A stretch of DNA of 64,000 nt from the NCBI RefSeq assembly GCF_006345805.1, contig NC_042998.1:108996001-109060000 (forward strand), written 5' to 3'. The notes under the pieces were generated by a model, which ran no database searches, was not told the origin of the DNA, and saw only the letters and a list, made by a program, of their open reading frames with translations. The stretch comes from Octopus sinensis. Taxonomy: Eukaryota. Positions 10,821 to 21,250 of this stretch are shown piece by piece (the first letter of the stretch is position 1; every line of letters begins with the position of its first letter). Both the position numbers and the translations under genes were made by a program.

Positions 10821-11323
10821 TGTAAGGAATATGTGATATCTCCGCTTGCACTTTTGGGGTGCAAGTTGGTGCAATCACTTTCCGTTGCTTTTATATCCAG
10901 ACTCTACCAGTCAAAGAAACACAAACCGCAGACGTAAAAAAAATAGACAAACTTTATTGTTTTATACCGGTGAGAAATCAGTGGTATATCTGATGTCCAA
11001 AATGGCGTCCTGAGGAAGAAGATGATTTGACTGCAACAATTCAGGTTAAAAGTCTTCGGCCAAGGACTGCTGCTATCAAAACCGGAGAGAGAGCGAATTA
11101 ACCGTCTGCTTTGGTGAAATGCCTGCCGCTGTCTGTCGGACGCTAATGGTCAACCTTTACGCTCCCTTGCCTCTTTGTTAAGGCTCACGCTCCCTTGCCT
11201 AAGGCCACGTCAGCAAGGCTGTCAGCTAAGGCCACGTCAGCAAAATTCCCTCTTTCGGACTTCGTGTATTCGCGAGAGGGCGTTGCGCGCGCGCGCGCTG
11301 TTGTATAGGATCACTTCACTACA
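10821..11323 (-). repeat. 5' LTR (503 bp)
   Basis: TG...CA termini; near-identical to 5749-6252. Contains duplicated GCTGACGTGGCCTTAG and GGCAAGGGAGCGT motifs and a (CG)7 run. Confidence 0.97.
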
Positions 11324-12869
11324 ACTCTTTTACTTGTTTCAGCCATCCGGCTGAGGCCATGCTGGGGCACCGCCCTTGTTGCTACCCTCTCTAAGTCCAG
11401 TTTGCCGTGGCTGGCCACTGATCTAAGAGAGAGTTTGTAGCTGCTGACCTTAGGTTACCTTCGTACCTTGCAGTGGGTTCATCTGGGATCCCGGAAAGCA
11501 GCTTGTCTAGATGTTTTTTGAAAATGTCCACATCCGCATCATGTAGATCTCTTAGTTTTCTTGGCAGTTTGTTGAACAGCTGAGGGCCCCTGAACCCCAG
11601 GCTATTACAGTATCTGCTCCTTACCCTGGATGTGGAAGACGGGACCTTTGGCACCACACAGTGACGTCCTGTACGGGGATTGGAACAGCTCTCAATTCCA
11701 AAATTTGGTGCTAGTCCCTCCAGGATTTTCCATATGTATATCACTGCATATCTCTCGCGTCTTCGTTCCAAGGAGTACAAATTGAGTTCCCTAAGCCTCT
11801 CCCAATAGTTCTTTTCTTTCATGGTGGAAATCCTCTTGGTGAAATGTATTTGGATTGTCTCAAGCTCTGTGGTCAGTTTGACACTATGCGGTGACCACAG
11901 TTGGGAGCAGTAGTCCAGGCGGCTTAGGACAAATGTCCTCCATAGTGTCAACATGGTCTCGCAGTCTCTTGTCCGGAATGTCCTCAGGATCCAGCCAGTG
12001 AGTCGTCTGCACATTGTCGCCACCTTCGCGATGTGTGAAGAAAAAGATGCATCGTCACTCATGTCTATCCCCAGGTCCCGTATTGATTTCGATACTGGGA
12101 TTTCGATCCCTCCTGGACCAGTATAGTTGTGTTGTAATGTATATGTGTTTACAGCTTGATATTGTAAGGCTTGAAATTTACCAGCATTAAATTGCATGTT
12201 GTTGTCTTCAGCCCATTTGTATATGGCATCCAGATCTTGTTGTAAAAGGTCAGCATCAGCTGGGTTTTTGATTGCCTGTGCTACCTTTGTGTCATCAGCA
12301 TAGCTAGTGAGGGATGTTGTTTGTGCTACCAAGGGCATGTCAGAGAGCGCCACCAAAAACAGCAAGGGTCCCAAGACTGTGCCCTGTGGCACCCCGCTTG
12401 CCATTGGTGTCTTTCCCGAGAGGGCTCCATTGGCTGCAACCATCTGGCTTCTGTCCTTCAGGAAGTCATGTATCTACTCACCTACTTTTCCTGTTATGCC
12501 GAGTCTGAGTAATTTGTGACATATCACTCCGTGGTCGACTTTGTCAAAGGCCTTCGCAAAGTCGAGATATACCACATCCACCTGTGAGCGATCCAGTAGT
12601 TGTTTCAGTACCCAGTCGTAGTGTTGTAACAGCTGCGTAAGGCAGCTTCTTCCTGGGCGAAAGCCATGCTGTGTGTCAGTGAGACAGTTAGTTTCTTCGA
12701 GGAACGTGATCAGTTTTTTTCTGACGATTCGTTACATGACCTTACTTATGTGTGACGTCAGGGAGACTGGCCTGTAGTTTTTGGCCTCTGCTCTACTCCC
12801 TCCTTTGTGGATAGGGCATATGGTGCCTTCTTTTAGCGCCCTGGGCAGTTTACCGTTAGCCAAGGAACC
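11324..12869 (-). mobile_element. 5'-truncated CR1/L2-group LINE (RT domain, 3' UTR, tandem-repeat tail)
   Basis: One reading frame from about 12869 to 11391: IHKGG...KNYRPVSLTS...QHGFRPGRSC...YLDFAKAFDKVDH...SGVPQGTVLGPLLF...YADDTK...RLDYCSQLWSP...LYSLERRR. Two in-frame stops (12732-12734 TAA for probable GAA; 12474-12476 TAG for probable TGG). The tail is (AAAAGAGT)n. Both ends abut (TA)n. Confidence 0.93.
11391..12869 (-). pseudogene. LINE ORF2 reverse transcriptase remnant
   Basis: See the LINE feature: RT motifs QG-x-x-LGPLLF and YADD; endonuclease domain lost by 5' truncation; two premature stops. Confidence 0.9.
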
Positions 12870-13726
12870 ATATATATATATATATGCATATATATATATA
12901 TATATATGCATATATATATGCATATATATATATGCATATATATCGATACATTGATAGAGTTAAAAGCAGAAAAGTATGAACACATCTTAATCGTGCTCAA
13001 CAGATGTTATATTAAATAACTCCCCCAAATATATGGTTACATAATTGTAATGTATATTTAATTTAGTTTACATTAAATTGATCTAAATTAGATTAGTTAT
13101 ATTCAGTGATATTCTGTTATATTAGTCAGAAGGCCATTAATGGTTTAAATATATATATAGAGACTGAAATACTGAGAAGGAAAAGATGAAAGAACTAAAT
13201 ATGCGGATAAAAAAATATACAATTATATATTTACAACCAGACACACACTCACACACAGAGACGCACTCACATTTGTATAGGCTCACACGCATACATACAC
13301 ATATACACCCATAAAAACATATGTATACAATATATATAAAACCATGCAAAATTACCTACACAGACATTTATATATACAAAATTGTGTTAATATTTGAAGC
13401 GAGAAATATATTCGTCATCTTGTGATATGCTTAAGTTTGAGATAAAACACTATAAAAAGTAAATAAATTTATGGCATAGATGGAGCATTGTTGACAATTA
13501 GAGTGATTTAATGAAAATGCTGGGAATTTCATAAACCTAAGTTATACTTCATATATATATCTTGCAATAAAAATGCGATTCATGTAGAAAGAAGTGATTT
13601 TTCAGCAGTTTACCACATCATACCTGACGGACCCGCATTCAAATATCTGTACGTATACCATCAGCCCTACTTAGATACATTCATATACACACATATATTC
13701 ACATGTATATGTATATGTGTATACAT

Positions 13727-13773
<47 letters not shown>

Positions 13774-13869
13774 AATATATATATATATATATACAAACAC
13801 ACGCATGTATGTATGTATGTATCTATGTGTGTATCAATCTATCTATCTATCAAGTGTGTACCTGATTGT

Positions 13870-14040
13870 AAAGTAAAATATAATAAAAAAAAACAACAAG
13901 GACAAAAATTGTACAAGGAATACGCCATTCGTTTAACGCTTCAGATTAGCATAACCTGTCTAGACGCACATGACGTTAATCCTTCTTCAGAAAAAGATGA
14001 AAGGAGAACATAAGGAAAAAGGCGAGGGAGAGGGAAAGAG
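13870..14040 (-). mobile_element. PLE-type short repeat with degenerate hammerhead motif
   Basis: Minus strand 13995-13931: TTTTT-CTGAAGA-AGGATT...AATCT-GAAgC-GTT-AAAC. Confidence 0.4.
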
Positions 14041-14159
14041 AAAGAAAGAGAAAGAGAGAAAGAGGTGTGGGACTGTGCTTGAAATAATATTATTTTGATA
14101 AAATGAATGGAAAATTAGTTGAGAAGGGATGTGAAGATCTGTAAAGCAGAGACGTGAAG

Positions 14160-14300
14160 GCACATGGCCCACTGGTAAGGGTGCTCAATTCAGGATCGAA
14201 AGCTTGTGGATTCGATTCTTGGAACGGTGCCTTGTGAGTTTTTCAGTAATAAATATCAGTCCAGTACTAATGCGGCCTTTTCACTTTCTAAATGTCTCAT
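14160..14300 (+). mobile_element. Degenerate tRNA-derived SINE head
   Basis: A-box-like tggcccactggtaag and B-box-like ggattcgattc about 35 nt apart. Confidence 0.35.
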
Positions 14301-15913
14301 CGTTAATGTTCCTCTGGGTGTAGTGTGAGAGGGCCCCCTGGACCCCTGGATGACTATATCTGCTTGCGATTGCATAGGCAACTTAAAGTATTAGTAAAAG
14401 ACCGACTCACAGTTTGTGTGTGTACTTGATGGTATGTATGTATATGTATAGAGGTGTGTAAAAGTGCAAACTTGGGTATATTATTAATGTGATTGTGAGC
14501 GTGGTGTTACTGAATATGTAATGTACTTGCGTGTATTTGTGCGTGTGGAAATTAATATGTTTGTTATGGTCAAAGAACAGGACAGTTGTCCGCAGTTTGT
14601 ATGCTTGTGTATATTGAAAAGTACTGGTAAAAAAGTGAATATTTGTGTGCAGGAAACTAAATTTTGTTTAATATATGGCGGAAAAAACATGAATATATTT
14701 CGGTATGAATATAGATATATGTATGTACATGTGAGTGTGTGTATACGTACTAGTGGAAATAGCGCCGTCTAGACAGGTCATTGGTCTCTCACATGTGGGA
14801 CGTTGTTGAGGAATCGATCTAAAGTAAAATCGTAAATTCGAGGAACCTATGAAAATGAAGATGAGATTGCTGCATCAATAATTTCATAGATACATAAATA
14901 TAATCTGTCATGCTGAAAATTGTCGAGTCAAAGCCTCAGCCAACTCGCTGGAACCTTACTAGCTTAGTACCTTAGTAATGTGGTTTGTCCAGTCTAAAAG
15001 ATCCTCCAATCGTACCGTCTCAAAATGTGCTGGGTCTTTTCTCATATTTCGACTGGAATCTGGTGTTTCACTGTTCTAGTTTTTGATTGTTTTAGAAATG
15101 TAATTTCTTTTCTCATTTTCGATATTGTTTTGCCACATTGATAGTGATATATACAACTTTATTTAGTGGTTTGGAACAAATTTTCCTGTTTGCAAATTCA
15201 AGTTTCACCATTAAAAACATTTGAAAAAAAAGCGAATTTGACTTATATAAAATAACGTTTTCTTCTTGGAGAATCGACTCAATATGAGGTAACTTACTAC
15301 GATTTAATACTTAATGGATTTTGTTGGAAGAGAAAGGATTTGGTCAATATCAAAATTACTACGTTGAGGCATCTTGTCCCAAACAAATAGAGAGTATGTT
15401 TACCAATGAATACGTCTGAAGCATTTGTAAATGTTAAAGGAACTCAAAACATTCTATTCTCACTATTTGTCTTCTAGTTTCTTAATAGGTTAAATATAAT
15501 TCTCTATCAAATTTCCACCTCTCTTTGAGATAAGAAGTTTAAAAATAGTTGTAATTCTACTTTCACTTTAAAACTTCTTAACTCTCATTTTCCTGCACGT
15601 AAGAACTACAGATATTATAGGCAGGTCTCAATTTGTACCGCAAACCAGTAAGGTCATAGACACAAAGAAGCATTTCTGAGTATACTCTGATTTCAAGTGA
15701 TGCCATTCGTGGTTGTTGAACTACAAGAGACTGATTTTATAAAGCAGGAAAGCATACGTAAATACTCACAGACACTCACGCTCTTTGTTACACACATACC
15801 CACTCATACATGTTCGCGTATCTGAGTGAGTGTGTGTATGTATGCTTGTGTGTATGTATTTGTATATACATACGCATATATACATGTATATATAAAAATG
15901 CATGTGTAATAAA

Positions 15914-16061
15914 GCGCAGGAGGGTGGTAAGAAGCTTGCTTCCCAACCACGTAGTTCCGGGTTCACTGCATAGCACCTTGAACAATTGTCTTCTAATATA
16001 GCTTGGGCCGACCAAAGCCTTGTGATTGAACTTGGTAGATGGAAACTGAAAGGGGCCCGTC

Positions 16062-16112
<51 letters not shown>

Positions 16113-16308
16113 CTTTGTGTCTGTGTTTGTCACCCATTACTACTTGACAATCGGTGTTGGTGTGTTTACGTCCCCGAAACTTAGCAGTTCGGCAAAAGCT
16201 CCCGATAGAATAAGCACCAGCTTAGAAAATAAGTACTGGGATTGATTCATTCGACTAAAATTTCAAGGCGGTGCCCAGTCTAATGACTGCAACAAGTAAA
16301 AAATAAAA

Positions 16309-16310
<2 letters not shown>
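15914..16310 (+). mobile_element. tRNA-derived SINE, family A (diverged)
   Basis: gcgcaggagggtggtaagaagcttgcttcccaaccacgtagttccgggttca...ggcggtgccc...gactgcaacaagtaaaaaataaaag, colinear with 2387-2809. Confidence 0.85.
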
Positions 16311-16311
<1 letters not shown>

Positions 16312-16404
<93 letters not shown>

Positions 16405-16438
16405 TGTATGTATGTATGTATGTATGTAGATATGTATG

Positions 16439-16509
<71 letters not shown>

Positions 16510-16510
16510 A
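16312..16510. repeat. Compound microsatellite (TA)n(TATG)n(TA)n(TG)n
   Basis: Direct reading of the sequence. Confidence 0.95.
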
Positions 16511-16787
16511 TCGACCTCGAGCCCACAAAAGTAAAAAGGAGAGACAGAGACACGCAGAAACAAGGAAAATGTCCCTTGTAGTTGAATACTATGCTAATAT
16601 TGTTTTAAAAAACTTTTTATTTATTTTTACAAAATTTAATTCTTTTCCATGCTTAGGATTGAAAAAGTCTCAATGACTGAAACCGGTACTAAAATGTTTT
16701 TGTGATAAAATTATTTTAGCGTTTTCTACCTTGACTTATTTTACTTATACATATAAACTCGTATGTTCCTTTTCAAACTTCTACACG

Positions 16788-16818
<31 letters not shown>

Positions 16819-17301
16819 TATAGTTAGGTATATACACGCATACATATGCACAGACACACAGACACACACACATATATATATAATTAGGTATATACATGCA
16901 TACATATGTGCATATGTATATATATATACTCATACACGTTTGTGCATGACCATAAATATTAAACAAGCTCTCATTGTTCTCTTTGAAATAATTCTACATT
17001 GACGTATGATTTTATTAATTAATTCACTCCTCTCGAAGAAACACAAAAATGAATAAATATAATAAAACGCGAAAATGAATCAATTATATTTTTCTTTTAA
17101 TTGATCAAGAAGTCATTCTAAAAATATAACTAATTGCCAACGAACAAACGGTATTGTTTTCATTAGCGTTTCGACTTGAAATTCAAAGTTTCTGGACTAT
17201 AAAAAGGAATTTTCCTAAAGAAATATGATGCTAAACTACAAACAAATGACTAATTAATGTTGAATATTGTATAAAATAGAATTCGATTAACACCAACTGC
17301 A

Positions 17302-17303
17302 TA

Positions 17304-17380
<77 letters not shown>

Positions 17381-17396
17381 CATTATTATTATTATT
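17302..17396. repeat. (ATT)n microsatellite
   Basis: About 30 ATT units. Confidence 0.95.
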
Positions 17397-17399
17397 GTC

Positions 17400-17670
17400 A
17401 TTGTGCATGCAAGGGGAAGACATCTGTTCGAAGCTCACAGGGTATTGCTGAATTTCGTTGTTTTAAAAAACAGTATTTGAATTTTTCTTGTACCATCTTG
17501 TTAATATGCCAAGAAGCATCCTCTGAGGGATATTGCAAGATATTCTCTTCGTGGCAAAGTTTAGAATTTTCAAATAGAAGTTGCATAATTTAAAAAAAAG
17601 AAGGAGATGGCTTTTGATAGAGGTATTATGAAAATAGTTTACCACCATTACCTTCCACAATTAACAGATA
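17400..17670 (-). mobile_element. Possible PLE GIY-YIG C-terminal remnant
   Basis: WKVMVVNYFHNTSIKS and SKLCHEENILQYPSEDASWHINK resemble the W-K-I...C-x-LC-x-x-EK...I...LNK end of Penelope ORFs; frameshifted. Confidence 0.35.
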
Positions 17671-18404
17671 ATGTATACATAACAACAGCAAAAACAACAT
17701 AATTAAAATGGACTATGAAAGAACACCACTACCACCACCGCGCCATCATACTCAACGACAAAAACTAGAACAAATGTAACAGCAGTGAGAGCAAGACAAC
17801 ACGATTATGACACAAACACGATTTCCACTACACCACCTCTACTATCTCGAAATGCAGAAACATTACTAACAAAACAACCAACAGTGAAACTTACAAAGTG
17901 GAAAGGGTTTTGCATACGCATGTAGAAAACTTAAATTGTTTGTAGTCAGTGATCAACAACTACGAGACACAAGAGTGCATCTTTCAAAGAATGGAGATTG
18001 GCAGAAGAATATGCCCAATTACGGCAGGAGAAGAGACGAAACATATGAAGTTAGACAGTTGCTCATGAAACAAGGCGAACTGAGCAGGGTAGCCCAGATT
18101 GGATAATACCTAAAATCAGCCTGTGGCATAAAAATGATATATCACTCGAGAAAGACGTTTGACATAGTTGAAGAGACTTTCTAATATGAGGAAGCAGCAA
18201 AAGAGAATTCAAGCACAACACTAAAAGAGTAAAGAATTGATGTTGATTCTAATTTGAGCACAAAATGTAAAGGTTGCTGAGGTACTCCAAAAGTGGACAT
18301 TTTGTTTGTGGTTGTAATTTACAGTATAGAAGATAAGATTTTTTACAGAGAACTGGTCGAGCACAGCGACAGACGTTCTAGTCCAGACCTCTTGGAGTCT
18401 ATCA

Positions 18405-18435
<31 letters not shown>

Positions 18436-18590
18436 ACACGTGTGTATGTGTGTGTGTGTTTGTGTGTGTTATTGATAGACACCAATGTATACATAACAAC
18501 AGCAAAAACAACATAATTAAAATGGACTATGAAAGAACACCACTACAACCACTGCGCCATCATACTCGACCAGTTTATTTGTGTGTGCAT

Positions 18591-18678
<88 letters not shown>

Positions 18679-18913
18679 GTATATATATGTATATATATAT
18701 GTATATATATATGCATATACATATATACATACGCGCACAGAAACGCACACACATAAATACATATATAATGTAGAGTTCCGTTATTGATGACATCAACGTA
18801 AATGTACTCCATCAAGTGAGAGATAAATATCATTTAATACACAAGGAATTTAAATTCGAGCTGCTATTAGTTTCACTAGCTTCATTCTGAAAACACGTTA
18901 GTCCGACAGGCTT

Positions 18914-18950
<37 letters not shown>

Positions 18951-19295
18951 ACACACACACACACATACATACACACACATATATATATATATATATACAT
19001 AATACATATATACATATACATAAATATATACATACATATATATGTGTATTTTTATATATACCAACCCACGCGCATGTATATATATATATATATGTATGTA
19101 TATGTGTGTGAGTAAGTATATGCATACATGTGTGAGTGTGTGTGTACGTGTGCGTATGTTTGTATATCTATCTATACTTCTATCTGTATTTGTATATGTA
19201 CTTATATATATATATATATCTGCCTATATATTTATATCTCTATGCATATATATATATATGTGTGTGTATGTGTGCGTGCGTGTGTGTGTAAAAAA

Positions 19296-19439
19296 TCTAC
19301 GAGATTCCACCACGCTGGAAATAGCACCCAAAACCCGACTCTAAAATCACATTAAATGTCCACACAGCTGTATGGACATATAATGTGGTTTTAGAGTCGG
19401 GTTTTGGCTGGTATTTCCAGCGTGGTGGTATCTCTTAGA
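19296..19439. repeat. 144-bp palindrome (72-bp arms, 7 mismatches, no spacer), centred on ACAGCTGT
   Basis: 19296-19367 aligns to the reverse complement of 19368-19439 without indels. Confidence 0.95.
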
Positions 19440-19561
19440 TACCCTAAATTATAATTTTACTAATAATTATTACCTTTGAAGGTTTTTATTCCAATGCTGG
19501 CCACCTGATAAGATCGGTATTTAAATAATGATTTTCTCCTTTATATAAATTTATATGTATG

Positions 19562-19613
<52 letters not shown>

Positions 19614-19690
19614 ATACATATACATACATATATATATATATATAAAAGTCAGTAAATAGTGGGGTTGTGTTAACCGTACGTGTAGAAATG

Positions 19691-20536
19691 ATAGGAGAGG
19701 AAAATTATAATAAGGCAGAATGCTAAATTGAAAGTAAATTTTAATAAAAATGGGTGTATGAAAAATTAAAAAAGAAAAAATAATAAATCAAACCGGTCTT
19801 GAAGGCAAGGCAAATTTTCAAGATTTGGAAATGGAAAAAATATCTCTTGCGCTAGAGATAAAAATCCCAAATTTCACATATTCCCTTTCTACCAATGTAA
19901 AGACAAAAACTCTACACAAGAAAGAATCAACAAAGAGAATCTTTTTATTGAAAAATTCCAAACGCGTCTTAATATGCAAGCTCCACATGACCATACTCCT
20001 TTTTTAGCATCCCATCTGAGAAAAAAATGATATAAGCATCATGTTTGACAAATAAACCACCATTCCAATTAAAAAGCATAAAATCCACAGAATTGTCTCC
20101 CCTTACAGAAACTGGATAACTCCTACCCTATTTCCTGTTTTGACACACAATCACCCACTCTTTCAAAATATACACTACATTTAAACTCATGCATCCTAAT
20201 CCTCCAAAGAAGTTTTTCCAAGGACTATTATTGAACTCTAAAAGCATAAAGACTCTACAATGTATTGGTATACATATTTATTAACTTTTGTATATATGTA
20301 TTATTATTGTTTTGAAAAAACATTGTAAATTTCTTTTTCCCCTTCCGCAATTTAAAAAAAAAAATTCCCCTTCCTCAATTTAAAAAAAAAAATTCCCCTT
20401 CCAAATCTTGAAAATTTGCCTTGCAATGAAAATCGGTTTGATTTGTTATTTTTTCTTTTTTAATTTTTCATACACCCATTTTTATTAAAATTTACTTTCA
20501 ATTTAGCATTCTGCCTTATTATAATTTTTCCTCTCC

Positions 20537-20539
<3 letters not shown>
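19691..20539 (+). mobile_element. 5'-truncated Penelope-like element: inverted pLTR segment, GIY-YIG C-terminus, pLTR
   Basis: Inverted repeats of about 145 bp (19691-19836 / 20394-20539). Peptide SCARDKNPKFHIFPFYQCKDKNSTQERINKENLFIEKFQTRLN at 19845-19973 fits the PLE endonuclease C-terminus. Degenerate hammerhead at 20402-20445. Ends in (TA)n. Confidence 0.7.
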
Positions 20540-20608
<69 letters not shown>

Positions 20609-20622
20609 TGTGTGTGTTTATA

Positions 20623-21250
20623 TACGAGGTCTGATCACTAAGTATCAGGACTGTTGCTATAGTAAAGAAGCTATAACACGCAGAGTAAAGCCGTTTAGCA
20701 CAGATTGACCTTGGCCTTTGCTGTTCATGCGCAGAAAAGTTTAACGTTCTAGCTCACTTCCGCTGTTTACAGTATTGCATGGAAGTAAAGTGTATAGCGT
20801 ATTATCATCGCATTGACTATGACAGAGAAAGTTGTCATGGCGATACCTGCTCAGAGGCCTACGCAAAGTTGCAGAAAGTTTATGGAGACGAGTGTATGAG
20901 CCGCACATAAGTGGACGAGTGGTTGAGACGTTTCTAAGATAGCCGAAAAAATGTTGATAGTGACGAACATTTTGGGAGACCCGCAACCAGCAGAACTGAG
21001 AAAAACATTGCAGATATACGAGCATCTGTGAGGGGAAATCTTTGAATCACCATCTGTGAGTTATCAGAGGATGTGCAGGTTCGTGACAGTTTAGTTCAGT
21101 CCATTATCACTGAAGGTTTGGGTACGAGACGCATTTCTACAAAAATTTGCGCCAAAATTGCTTTCAATTGACCAAAAAGACAAACGGGTTTCAGTTGCAC
21201 AATATCTCCTTGATTGTGTCGAGAACAATGAAAACTTTTTGAAAACTTTG
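20623..21250 (+). mobile_element. 5' half of a mariner transposon
   Basis: TA followed by TIR-like tacgaggtctgatcactaagt. Peptide GDTCSEAYAKLQKVYGDECMSRT*VDEWLRRF...FGRPATSRTEKNIADIRASV...KLLSIDQKDKRV is the mariner HTH region; the sequence stops before the catalytic domain. Confidence 0.8.

Larger units (their letters stand above)
5715..11323 (-). mobile_element. Full-length Ty3/Gypsy LTR retrotransposon, CsRn1/Kabuki-like
   Basis: Two LTRs of about 504 bp, PBS, PPT, gag and pol in PR-RT-RH-INT order. Gag CHCC motif C-X2-H-X9-C-X3-C (CWYHSKYGENAHRCTQPC), tRNA-Trp PBS, and 4-bp TSD ACTC (5711-5714 / 11324-11327); these are diagnostic features of the CsRn1 clade. Confidence 0.95.

Noticed and set aside
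16263-16676. ORFs rich in YI/HT/CV repeats (also at 18450-19355, 32096-32665, 33972-34419, 52523-52867, 54854-55263 and 63008-63226)
   Set aside because: They are translations of (TA)n, (CA)n, (ATCT)n and (ATT)n microsatellites, not genes.
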